In this document: piece by piece, positions 26,963 to 40,390 of the stretch
How the letters are laid out: each line of letters opens with the position of its first letter
How positions within the stretch are numbered: position 1 is the stretch's first letter
DNA from: the human T2T-CHM13v2.0 reference genome, Homo sapiens
DNA: 64,000 nucleotides
Direction: 5' to 3' (one strand)
NCBI RefSeq assembly: GCF_009914755.1
Contig: NC_060933.1
Notes under the pieces: generated by a model
Told to the model about the DNA's origin: nothing
Databases searched by the model: none
The model's input: only the letters and a program-made list of their open reading frames with translations
Position numbers and translations under genes: made by a program

Positions 26963-27430
26963 TGTATTTGTTTCTGAGAACTGCTGTAACAAATTATCAC
27001 AAACTTGGTAAGTTAAAACAGCAGAAGTTTATTCTCTTCTGTTCCAGAGGCCAGAAGTCTGAAATCAAGGTGTTGGCAGGGCTGCACTTCCTGCAGAGGG
27101 CTTGGGGAGAGTTTGCTCTGTGCCTAGTTCAGCCTCTGGCAGTTGCCAGCTTGGTTTCTGGCCACATCACTCCAGTGTCTGCTTCGGTCTTCACATTGCC
27201 TTCTCCTTTGTGTCTCTCTTCACCTCTGTGTGTCTCCTATAAGGATACCTATCATTGGATTTAGGCCCCACCTGGAAAATCCAGGATGATATCCTTCTCT
27301 CAACATATTTGAATTAATTACATCTTCTAAGCAAAGACTTTTTCCCAAATAAGTGATATTAATAGGCTCCAGGGATTAGGATGTGAGCACATCTTATGGG
27401 GGCGGGGCGGGGCACCATTCAGCCACTACC
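26963..27430 (-). mobile_element. MLT1C-like solo LTR
   Basis: 'ctgctgtaacaaattatcacaaactt...ggccagaagtctgaaatcaaggtgttggcaggg...cattggatttaggccc'; flanks catac/cattc. Confidence 0.85.
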
Positions 27431-30299
27431 CATTCCTTTCATTAGGAATTCTATTAGAACAAAAATTTCCTTTTTGGACAAAGTAAGTCTATATATTTTC
27501 TATTTCCTTCTATTTTCTGTCTGGTTGGATGTTGTATTTATAAATTATATGGATGTGCTCATGGGTTACATTTGAGACTGCTTTTAGAAGTAAATTTATT
27601 TCAGTGAGCAAATTTTTATTGTTTTTCGTTAGCTTTTTTGGTTAGCTACCTAAAGAAGAGGTATAGTTTTATTTACAATTAATGGTAATATTTGTAGTTA
27701 TATATGATTTTTAACATGAAGGATGGTTATAACAAAAGATTCTCTTTCATTCTTGACATAAATTATGTGTCAGTTAATAATATATCTTTCAATAGTGAAA
27801 AGAAAGAATCCCAAAGATGAAGATGATTTGGAGTTGGTTCCTCTAACTTTCATGATTAACATCTGGAAGCCTTAGAAGTGATTTAGGAGAAATATCAGCA
27901 GATGTTTCTTGTTGAAGAAATCTCAGCATACAAACATTTGAAAATTCACTGTTTTTAAACGGTATTTTAAAACCCTGCGCCCTCATTCCTTTTACTTTTT
28001 GTTCCTGTATTCAGTTCCTGGATTTGAATTCCTCCAGTTGTAGGATACCAAGCCACCAAAGATTCTGGAGAATACAATTTCCACACTTTTGATAGGCATT
28101 GTTAGGATATTTGTGATTTACTACAGTTTTATATCTCCTCTAAAATATCCATTATTCAAAAACAGGTTGTAAAATTCTGACAAAGATTTCTTTCATCATT
28201 ATGCTTCTATGATATAGATGAGATTTTGTGGCTACATAAAGAACAAAATACAGTTCAGCTAACGAATGCAACTGCACTAAGTAAATAAACAAAGCTCAAG
28301 TTAAATATAGGCTAGGCTTTGCTGTGTGCAAACAGACCCAGAAGAAAAACAATGAACATCTGTAGTTCAATGCCACTGGAACATTAACTTGCTTTTAGGT
28401 GTTCAAGAAGAATAAAATATGTTTGCTTTGATTGCAATGATGATTTTATTTAAATTTAGATTCCGTTATCATTGATTTATTTTGACCTATCTCAAGGACT
28501 GACTTAGTCTGTATCAATAATTTCCTTTAAAAGCCATTTGCTTCTTAAGGTGACCAGAAGATATTCAATTGTTTCCTCCTACTTATAGCTCAACTCAGGA
28601 GAGGTATGGATAATAAAAACCTCTTTATATATTTAAAGGATTAAGATCTATTTTCAATAAACTAATAATGCTCTATCTCTAAAACCATTCCACTAATACT
28701 GAAAATCTCACGATGCAATTCTAACAAAGAGAATGTATGTAACATTGGGCAACTCTCTCTGCCTTTTAAGTGATTACATAAGTGTAATAGTTTGTTCACA
28801 CTCCCTCTCAGCACTTATAGATGTACAAAGAGATGCTAAGAATTAGGCCAATGAGTTTTATTGGCACAGATACTACAAAATACTGCAAAAAAGTTTTACA
28901 ACCTTTTGTTGTAAAAGGGAATCATGATGATTGATCGCAAAACGTAATCCAATTGTCCACTATTGGCATAAATAATTCCACAAGATCCGGGACTTTTTTC
29001 ATTTTGTTTATGACTGTATACTTCATACCCAGAATAATTCGTACCTAGAACAATTCCTGGCCCCTTGTTTGACTTCAGGATTCAGAGAGAATGTTCAAAC
29101 CTCTGATTCAAAGACCTTTGTACCTTAGCACATTTCAAGGAGGATATGCTTGGTTCTTTCAGTTTTTGGATTACAGGCCTTGAAGAGGATTTTGCCAGGG
29201 CAAACACCTTTTCCCCAGATAAAAGCATAACTTTATTGAACTTTAGAATAGCAAGACATCTCAAACTTCACCCACTTGCCATCTTCAGTGTTAACAATAA
29301 GAAAAAAACTAGGTCTGGAGAAGAAAGGCAACTTGTATAGAGTGGCCTTAGAAATGAATGACAGAGCCAAGACTAAATCCAATTCCTTTTCTCCTTGGAC
29401 CACAAAGAAGAGTGACAATGACATTGCTGGCCTTTGAAATTATAAAGGAAAGATCTCAAGGCTTTTAGCCTCTGTGGTTGAAAAAATGCTACTGCAGAAC
29501 TCTGAAAATATATACAAATCACATTATCTTTCCTTCACATTTCTTTTATCTCCACCTCTTCCTTTTTCTTCTCTCTGATAATATCTGCATTTTGGTCCTT
29601 ACATTTTTTTTCTCTCTTTTTTTTCCATTTTTGTACTATTTTTCCCTTCCTCATGATTTGAATGTTCTTGCCTAAAAGATTTAAACTCTTCTAATCCAGC
29701 CCTAAACGCTGACCTAATAAAAATTCCTTGCCTTTCTCAGGAGGACCCTTTAAAGTGAAAATGACTTGCTAAACTGCTTCAACCAATGTTTGGCAGATCT
29801 GGGACTAGAATCCAGGATTCCTGTGTCCTAGCCTCGGTTCTTTCTATTATAAGACAGTACTTATAATATAGTTTCTTTCTATTATAAGAGATAAATAGCA
29901 GTGCCCTGACTAATTACAAGATTTCCAAAATGGATAGAAATGACACTTTAAAATGTCATTCCTCTATATAAAAATCGACAATCTTCTTGTCCTGCCTCTC
30001 TGTCTACCTGAGACCCCAGCTGCCTCTCTGCTTATAAGAAAAATCTCTAAGTCTTATTTGCCTAAACTCTGTTGACATCTCCTCTCAGAGGGTCTTCTGT
30101 ATTTCCCTTCCAGGAATCAAGTTGTTTTTATGCACCATCCCCAGAAAAAGAAAAGCCTTTATTCTTGCTCATGCCCCACTTCTCTAAGACAGCTCAATTA
30201 ATTCTTTAAGGTTTGTTCCCTCTTTCTCTCTCTGTGTCTTGTATCATATTAGATGTGTAAAACCTCCAATAAGAAATGTATTAATATCTTAACTGTGGC

Positions 30300-30410
30300 C
30301 CATATGTTGTCAGACTGAAAGGGCACCTAGAGATGATCTAGTAAAATCTCCTCTTTTGTGGGGGGTAGAAAACAAAACTCTGGAGGAGTTAAGTGACTTT
30401 GCCAAGATTT
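30300..30410 (-). mobile_element. MIR3/MIR fragment
   Basis: 'gaaagggcacctagagatgatctagt...gttaagtgactttgccaag'. Confidence 0.55.
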
Positions 30411-30692
30411 CTAGGTGCTGTGGGAAACTCTGAGCAGAAGGAAGGAGGAGAGGGAGTGGAAGTTTTCTTTATATGGCTAATGATTTTATAGATAGTATGT
30501 ATTTGTATTTACATTTTCCATATTATGATGTTGAGTCTGTGGTAGTTTCATAAACTATATGAGACACAATTTGAGGATGGAAGAGTTGGCTTCCATGTCC
30601 CAACCCCAAGCTCTTAGTCATCAAACTCAACTGCTCCTTAATTTGAAGAGAAATTTAAAAACAGAAAGCTAAAACAAAAGTCCGAATTTTTA

Positions 30693-30997
<305 letters not shown>

Positions 30998-31287
30998 TCT
31001 CTGTGCCAGGGCAAAGAAAATGCCAACTCTATGCAAACTAGCAGGGACATTAGGGACAAGTGGTCTTAAAAAATTTTCCGAACTAACCTTTTAAAAAATA
31101 TAGTGACTCCTGTATTGGCAAAAATCACATGCAATGCTATTAAAGAACATTTACTCTTCCTCTTAAAATAATACTCAAAAATTAGAAAATCAGCTGTTAA
31201 ATTTAATATAATTTGGCTTTTGGCTTTAGTGGTAATGAAAGAATTTAAAGAGTAAGGCAGAATATGAAAAAAGCTAATAAATGAATG

Positions 31288-31329
31288 GATAGAGATAGAT
31301 AGATAGATAGATAGATAGACAGACAGATA
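31288..31329. repeat. (GATA)n/(GACA)n microsatellite
   Basis: gatagagatagatagatagatagatagatagacagacagata. Confidence 0.9.
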
Positions 31330-34300
31330 AACTGCATCAGGCTTCTAGATAAACAGAACTGCCATAAACATTACGATGGCTGACAGCTGCAAAAATAAGT
31401 GAAAGTGACAGTAGCCAATACTATACAAAGCTGAACCATGTAATTTACATCTTAGTGAAATTAAACATACTATAACAGCTTGGCTTCCAGGCAACAATAC
31501 TATTAAATTTGCAGTAGTAGATTATGACATCATCTGAAACCCCAGGATACACATTTAGAGCTGGCTATTATGGTTTGTAATCTGTATTGCTGTTCTGGTT
31601 AGTTTTTCATTTAATTCATTGCACGCTTCTATTAAATAAAAAAAAAAATACAACAGCCATTGAGGATGCGAGTTTTTTGAAAAATCTGTTAAGCTTCAGG
31701 TTGTACTGATGTCACATTTTAGAATCAATAATGATAACTTATGTCTGAGAAGCATTCAGAGGTCAGAATTACATTGAACAGTATAATCATTCAAATATTT
31801 TTATGGTCATTAAGTATAATTTGGGGAGTTTTTCTAACTCACCTTTCTTTTCCAAAATGTTTCTTAGCTAACTAAGACTATACAATGGTGGAATAACAAC
31901 AAAACCTACTGCTTTTAGTAGAGGGTTTACATTATACAGCAGCATTCTCAAGCAAATACACTGTACTGAGATCATTACAAGTTCAAACTTTTGCAGGGGA
32001 CTGGGGGATGGAGAGGTAAGCATATTTGAACTTCAAAAAACTATTTCCAGAATTTTGTGTGTAAATCAATTTCTTTGGAAAAGGGATTTAAACGGATATC
32101 TAATTTTTTTAAAGGCCTATTTTTCCAAAAATTGTGCAGACATTGATTCATTTTAACAGTGTTTCTCGAGTTGGGGAGCTTTATTACAATTTCTTGTGGT
32201 GGGTAGGAAAAAGGATCATATAGTTTGAATACTCCCCTCTCTCTCCACCATATGATTCTAATGTTCTTGTCTAAGGAATCTGTGCTCCTCTTACCCATTC
32301 CCAAGACTGAACTACTCAAAATTCCCCATTTATTGCAAGAGGACACTTGAAGATCAGGGACATGAAAATAGCTTGGCAAAACTTCTTCAACCAGTGACTG
32401 CCAGACATGGGACTAGAACCTAGGCTTCTTGTCACATAGCCCAGGGTTCTTTATAAAAAGCTATGTGAGAAAGAGAAAGACCCACAGAGGTAATTCAATT
32501 AGACATAGCAGAAAAAGATATCTGCTACACAAAAATACAGGGCAGACAGACTATAAAACTATGGCTGGAAGGTAATTTAGTAATGTGCTTACAGGACATG
32601 TTTCTGGAGATTCTGCTGTCTTTGTACCAGCCCTCCCTCTCCACCAATGAATGTATACCTACATGTGTAAGTGTGAAGCCTTACAAAATTGGAAATTCAG
32701 GTGAAAGCACTTGGAACACACATTCAGTCACTCCGGCCTGAAATAGATGATGCTTTATATAACCAAATTAAAGGAAGTACATCTGATTTGAAGTATGTCA
32801 TTGAACACTACCAGAACTCTAAAGCCCATGGGAAAGTATCACCTTCATTCACCTTTCAGGAAACTTAGTGATGCTGCCATTAGTGCTTCCCTCTTTAAGT
32901 CAAGTATAAACTACAGACAATTATCACCAATAAACTTTCAGTAATAGTAAACGCAGATCAGGTGGAGAAGAAAGGTTTGGAGAACTGTATACCAACTCGC
33001 ACACATGGTCTTCTGAAGGAAGGATAGAACTCTGACCTAAGGTCCCAACAAAGGGCAATCAGAGATTCCTGAGCATCTAGGGAAGATGAACTTAGGAAAA
33101 GTGATGCGAGGAGGGTTTAAGGAAAGCCGGCATCAACCTTGTGGCCTTAGCTGGACAATGCTTAGTGACTTCTGAAAGGCGAGTAGGCCTCAAGTAACCT
33201 GATATTTGCCCTAAATCTGCAGAATTTAACAGTCAGATAATGGAGAGAACGCCAGAAAAGTCTGTGGGACAAAAAACTGTTTTATGAGCTTTGAGATGAC
33301 ATTGTGAAATATATTTTCTATAAATGCTATACACGTAAATTAGGTATGTACATAACATTATCTTATCCTTGACTTTCAAAAGTAAAAATGAGCAAAGAAA
33401 ACTGGCAAGTTAACCCAGAACACTGGGCTGAATAAAAGCAAACTCCATCAGCTAAAGCCCTGAACTTGAAATATGGAAACATTAAGACCATCAGAGTGAG
33501 GCACATGATCTTGACTCCAAAGACTACTGTAAAGGGACTGACTATATTAAATCATGATTCAAGTAGAAAACCGAAATCACGTTTATTAAAATTACCTATT
33601 TCTACCTCTGGGAAACAACTTCTTTTACCTTTGCTTGAGGGAAAAATAGTTTAAGACAGTTTTCGCCAATATATGTACAATAGCGCCTCTTGTCATTTTA
33701 ACGCTGCTTTTTCTAGGCTAGTTTTTCTCTCCTCCTTCCTATCACCTTTTTTCATTCCCTCTCAATTTTCTCATTTTCTAATTTGCATTTGAAAGAGTAG
33801 GGTGAGGTAGGATAGGGTTGTTGAAACTGGGAGGGACTTGGCTTGACGGCATTGTAAAGTGGTGATCCTAGACATTATGGTTACAAAAGATGATAGACAA
33901 AGAAATATTTATTGGAAACTTCAATTAATAGAATAGAATAGTGCGGGTGAAATAAAATGGTAGACTACACTTTTCATGTACTCACTGACAATCACTTTTT
34001 CCCACCCTGTTCTCTTTAGGACAAACCGTGCAGAAATACAAGGCATGACAATCATAAGTCTTTCTTCAAGAAATCCAAAGTAATGACTTTACTGCTCCAT
34101 CCTGCAATCAACAGATACTCAGAAACAGCCCAAAGATGAATTACTTAGCTAATTCTTTGGTATTTTCTCGCAATCCTCTTTTTCATTGTACATTTCATTT
34201 TTTAACAGCCATTGGTACTGAAACTTATGTTTGCAAAAGCAAGAGAGTTGATTAATAGGTATTTTATACATCTGGTATTTTCTCATAAAAGACTAGAAAA

Positions 34301-34825
34301 CTTATTTCAATTATCATACCACCAACAAGGATGCAATCTGTTCACAAGGCCTGTTTACGAGTGGCTGCTTTGGGTAATGGCTGTTTTCTTAGCATGGGAA
34401 ATGAAATATAATATTATTAAGCAGAGATATGCAAAATGAAGTGTCAACTTATCCATCTTCCTGATGTTTATAGGTTTCATTTTTTAGAATGTTTATTTTA
34501 TTTTATGGGACCACACGTTAAAATACCTCCTATTTCAAAGGATCTAATTTCTTTTATTCCGATTTTAATGTCCTTGAATATTAACATTCTCAAACTTGTA
34601 AGCAATCAGCTAAGGAAATCTGTGGTAGGTACTTTATTAATTCCATTTAGATAAATGTATCATAATGGGAGAGACAATAAAAATGAACACTTTATCTTTG
34701 CCTGAGAAAAAGAACTGGTCTTTGCCAGAAGGATGGCATAAATGATTTTCACTTTTAGAGGCCACCTGTGATAAAATGGGGGAAGGGGTGGCGGTTGGTA
34801 GAAAGCAAACCTCTAATAATAATGA

Positions 34826-34879
34826 GTGTGTGCGTGTGTGCATGTGCATGCACGTGTGTGTGTGTGTGTGTGTGTGTGT
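34826..34879. repeat. (TG)n compound microsatellite, uninterrupted purine-pyrimidine alternation
   Basis: gtgtgtgcgtgtgtgcatgtgcatgcacg followed by (tg)n. Confidence 0.9.
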
Positions 34880-35406
34880 TCAGGAGGGAGAGGGGTTGTG
34901 AATCAAGGCACTGTAATGGAAATAATAAATCAATTTTGAAGAGCTTGAGTAAGATCATTGGAAAAGTCTAGCTATATCTGTTTTTGGCTAAGTGTGGCTC
35001 CTTCGTTATTTCACTAAATTTCATTATCTCTGCAAGGAGTGGAAGTGAGAAAGAATAAACTTTGTAAAAAGGTAAATATCACCACTTATTTAATTATCAT
35101 TTCTATTATTTTCCCAGGAAGGCATCCTACTAATAAATGGACCTACCTGCAGATAAAGGAAAGGAAATCATATACTAAAGGAGGAGGATAACTTTAAACA
35201 GTATAGATTATAGAACTCTACAAAGCCCTCTTGCAAAATATATTAAATTCCTTTATATGAGGAAAAGGAATATTAACACTGGCAAGATATATACTGGGGT
35301 GTCCCACAGTGTAATTCCCTTATGATTTAATGGACACTTAAACAATGACTGGGTCATGAAAGCAATATTAGAATAAAAAATACTTCTTTTAAAAATATTT
35401 CTTAGA

Positions 35407-35730
35407 TCCATGCTGTCTAGTAAAAATATGAGTCACAAATACAATTTAAACTTTACTCATAGACACATCAGAAAGAGTAAAATGACAGGGGCAATGAATT
35501 TCTTTAAAATATATTTTATTTAATCTGGTATGCTAAAAATAGTACAATTTCAATATATAATCAATATAAAAATATTAATGTAATGTTTACATGCTTTTTT
35601 CCCCATACCAAATCTTCCTGGTGTTTATTTTATTTTACTTACATTTAAAGTATATCTCAATTTGGACCAGTCACATTTCGAATGCTCAATAGTCACATGT
35701 AGCTAAAGGCTACTATATTGGGCAGTGTAG
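35407..35730. mobile_element. MER33-like hAT-Charlie MITE
   Basis: 'tatctcaatttggaccagtcacatttcgaatgctcaatagtcacatgtagctaaaggctactatattgggcag'. Confidence 0.75.
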
Positions 35731-36909
35731 CTCTTGATTGTCCAAGATATGCCTTTTTATACAGAAATGGGCTACAAAATTGACCTCAATATAAATGAGT
35801 AAAAAAAAATGCCCTTGTATAGAAATGGATGAATCCTTACTATCATCATTCACTTAGTCAATGATTCCTAGAGCTAGGATATATACAGAAAAATCAGAGG
35901 TTCTTTTATAACAGAATCCAGAAATTTGTTTGCTTATTTTTAATGCCATGTTTCTTATTGTAATCAGTTTTCCATATATGAATACATAAAACAATTAATT
36001 TGCATCATTGACTTAGATAGATACCCTTTGGTTTCCTGAAATGAAATCTAACCATTGATTAATTTCCGTTTTCTATGTTGTGTTGACTCTGCTTTCAAAA
36101 ATTATTCATCTTACTTAGAGTTCCTAACAATTTTGGTGTCATAAACGTAAAAACATTTCTACTCCCACCCTGGCCAAATGCAAACACATCTGATACATAT
36201 AATAATTTGTATGTAATTTCACTTTCATATAATACCAAGGGATTAATAGAAATGCTAATCCTCAGGGTAAAAAAATTAATTTATCATGAAATATATGTGA
36301 AACATTAAAGTACAGTCACAAGTTCTGGGGGCTCTGTTACATTTTGACAGACTAATGAAATCTTGTTTTCTTAAATGATCCCAATAAATCATTCAAATTT
36401 ATTATTATTAGGATTTGACTCTTTTTATTATGTACTTTAATTCTGTTTCACAAGTACATATCATTTTTTGTCTTTTTTTATAAATGTTTTTTGAATACAT
36501 CTCCTATAGGAGAATTGAGGGAATAGACATTGTCTTTTCCACCTTCTTCTCATCTAAAACATTCATCAAAGCACCTTCTCAGTTTAGTTCAACTGAATGA
36601 CTATAAATGAACGATGATAGTACATTTCTCTACCTTCAGTCAATAGTGTAACATAACCATATTGAACAGAAAATTACATATTCCATTCCTGAATTACATT
36701 TAGAAAGCCTTTGTGTAGTTTTTGATCTGATGTAACTTCATGAAAGCATTATATTCTTGGTACTTAGTATGGTGCCTGAATCACAGTAAATATCCAATTT
36801 TCCCTGAATTAATTAATATGCCCTTCCTTTCAAATGATGTTCATTTCTGTTTAAAGTCATCATATTGAAATTTTCATCTGCTAGCCACAGAAGATATTAA
36901 ATAATATGA

Positions 36910-37138
36910 AAAACAAATACTGCATATTCTCACTTATAGGTGGGAACTAAACAATGAGCACACATAGGCATAAACATGGGAACAATACACACCACAGACA
37001 CTTGAGTAGGGAGGGTGGGAGGTGGATGTGGGTTGAAAAACTACCTATTAGTTACTATGCTCAGTGTCTGGGTGCAATATACCCATGTAACAAACCTGCA
37101 TATCAATCCCCTGTAATTAAAAGTTGAAGAAAATAAAG
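36910..37138 (+). mobile_element. L1 3' end fragment (L1PA16/L1PB-like)
   Basis: 'ttctcacttataggtgggaactaaac...gttgaaaaactacctatt...catgtaacaaacctgca'. Confidence 0.8.
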
Positions 37139-38454
37139 AATAGTTTCCCAAGAAGAGCAAGAGATATGGAAGAGACTCATCCATAGAAAAATTTGGAAAG
37201 AGCCTCAGAAACCCTAACCAGTTTGTTTGGTGAAGGTATTTCTTTCCTGAAGCCAGTCAGTAATGATTAGCAAAAGTGACCACTTATTCAAATGCAATAA
37301 CCACAATGGAAGACTTCAAGGATTTAATGCAAAAACTTCAAGACTTCAATGAAAATATTAAGTAATATGACACCCCCAAAGGTACACAATAATATTTCAG
37401 TATCCAACCTAAAAGAATTGGACATCTATGAACTGCTCAACAATTCAAAATAATTGTTTTAAGGAAGCTTGCTGAGTTATAACAGAACACAGATAAACAA
37501 CTCAACAAGACCGAAGTTTAATAAAGAAAGAGATAGAAATCATAACAAAGAACCAAACAAATTCTGGTGCTGAAGAATACCAGGATTGAAGTAAAAAATG
37601 CAATAGAGAGTGTCAAAGGCATACTTAATGAAGTAGAAGAAAGACTCTGTGAAATCACTGGTCATTTGAAAATATTCAGTAAGAGGAGAAAATATTTTTA
37701 AAAGATAACAGAAAATAAAGAAAGCCTATGGGATTTATGGGACACTATCAAGACAGCTAAATTTCACATCTTAGGAGTCCAAAAAGGAGAAGAGAGAGAG
37801 AAAAAAGGCAGAAAGCTTATTTAAAGAAACAATGGCTGAACCCTTTCCAAATCTAAGAAAAGGTATAAACATCCAGATACGTGAAGCTTAAAGGTCTCCA
37901 ATCACGTTCACTGCAAATAAGATTTCACCAAGACACATTAAAATAAAACTGTCAAAAATCAAAGACAGAGATAATTTTTAAAGCAGCAAGAGAATTGTGT
38001 ATGTCATAAACAAGAGATCCTCCATGAGATTATCAGCCGATTTTTCAGCAGAAGCCTTGCAGGCCAGGAGAAAGTGGAATGACGTATTCAAAGTGATGAA
38101 AGAAAAAAAAAAAAACCCTACCAACCAAGAATATTTTAAAGCTGTCTGTCCGTCAGAAATAAAGAAAAGATAGAGTTTCACAGACAAATAAAAGCTAAGG
38201 GTGTTCATCGCAACTAGACCTGGCTTACAAGAAATGCTAAAGCATATTCTTTAAGCTGAAACAAATGGATGCTATTAGTAATATGAAAACATATGCAAGT
38301 TAACTCACTAAAGTAAGTATATAGTAAAATACAAAATATTCTTTTACTGTAATAGTGGCATGTAAATCATTTTTAACTTTAGTATAAAAGGTAAAAGACA
38401 AAAATATTGAAAATAAATATAGCTACAATAACTTGGTAATGAATATGCAATTTA

Positions 38455-38741
38455 TTGACTTGTGTTTATTTATTTATTTTTAGAGATAGCATCTCATTCT
38501 GTCACCTAGGCCAGACTGCAGTGGCATAATCATAGTTCACTGCAGCCTTGAACTCCTGGGCTGAAGTGATGCTGCCCTACTGAATAGCTAGGATTACAGG
38601 CACATACCACCACACCTAGCGTTTTTTTGTTTTTGTTTTTTTTGTAGATATGGGTCTTGCTGTGTTGCCCAGGCTAGTCTAAAACTCCAGGCCTCAAGTG
38701 ATCCCTCTATGTTGGCCTCCCAAAGCACTAGTATTAAACAC
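38455..38741 (-). mobile_element. AluJ inside L1M
   Basis: Reverse Alu; TSD atatgcaattta at 38443-38454 and 38742-38753. Confidence 0.88.
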
Positions 38742-40274
38742 ATATGCAATTTAAAAGATGTAAATTGTGACATAAAAAATAGGACATGTATCTAGGGAGA
38801 TGAAAATGTAGAATTTTTGAATGCAAGTAAAGTTGTTATCAACTTGAAATAGATCGGTCTAATCCTATTTTTTATGTAAGCCTCAGATTAACAAAAAAAA
38901 GCAAGAATCTATAGTATATACACAAAAGATGAAAAGACTCAAAGCACACCACTACAAAAAATTATCTAATCAAAAGGAAAGACAACAACAACAATAAAAA
39001 AAAATAAAGAAAGGAACAAAGAAATAAAGGACTGATAAAACAACCAGGAAATCATAAGTAAAATGGAAACAGTAAGTTCTTACCCATCAATAATGACTTT
39101 AAATGTAAATAAATTACATTCTCCAATCAAAAGACAGAGTGGCTAAATGGTTCAGTAAACAAGATCAAATTATATGCCGTCTGTAAGAAACTCACATCTG
39201 CTTTAAGGACATACATAAGGTGAAGGTGAATAGATTGATAAAGATATTGTATGCAAATAAAATCCAAAAAGAAAGGGGTAGGGGTAACTATAAGTAAATG
39301 AGACAAAATAGACTTTAAGTCAAAAATTGTAAAACAAGACAAAGAAAGTCATTTTATAATGATAAAAGGGTCAAATCATCAAAAGGATGTAGCAATTTTA
39401 AACGTGTGTATGTGTGTGTAGCCATATACACACCCAGTATTAAAGTACCTACATATATAAAGCAAATATTAACACATCTTAAGGGAGACATGACAGCAAT
39501 AGAATAATAGTAGGGGACTTTGACACCCCATTTTGAGCAATAAATAGATCACCCAGACAAAAAGTGAATACTGGATTTTAATTACATTTTAGACCAAGTA
39601 GACCTAACAAACATATACAGAACACTTCACCCAACAGTAGCAGAATACACATTCTTCCAAAGAACACATGGAACATTCTCCAAGATAGAACATTTATTAG
39701 GTCACAAAATAACTCTTAGAAAATTTAAGCAAACTGAAATTATATCAAGCATCTTCACTGACCACCGTGATATGAAACTAGGTATCAATAAGTGAATAAA
39801 TAAGTAGAATAAGTGGTATAAATAAGTGGAAATTAAGGTGTAAATAAGTAAAAATTAAGTATAAATAGGTTTAAATAAATGGAAATTAAACAGCACACCC
39901 CTGAACAACCAATAGGGAAAAGAAGGTATCAAAAAGGAATTTAAAAAATATTTTGAGACAAATGAAAATGAAAATACAACATATAAAAACTCGTAAAATG
40001 TAGCCAAAGCAGTTCTAGGAGAAAAGCTTATGGAAGTAAATGCCTAAATGGAGAAAAAAAAAATCTTTAATAAGCAACCAGTTTTGCACTTCAAGGAGCT
40101 AGAAAAAGAAAACTAATGCCAAAGTTAGAAGGAAGGAAATAACAAATTTCAGAGCATAAATAAATGAAATAGAGACTACAAAAAATTAGAAAAATATCAA
40201 CAAAACTAAGAGTTCATTTTCTGTAAAGAAAAGAACATCAACAAACTTTTAGCTAGAGTGATGAAGAAATATAA

Positions 40275-40390
40275 ATGAATAAATGTTTTAAATGCTAATT
40301 ACCCTGATGGATCACCACGCATTATATGTATTGAAACATCACTATGTACTGAAGAATATGTACAATTATTATTTATCAGTTAATACATAA
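40275..40390 (+). mobile_element. Tiny younger L1MA 3' end nested in the L1M ORF2
   Basis: 'atgctaattaccctgat...cattatatgtattgaaacatcactatgtac...tatgtacaattatt' is L1MA 3'-terminal sequence interrupting ORF2. Confidence 0.65.
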
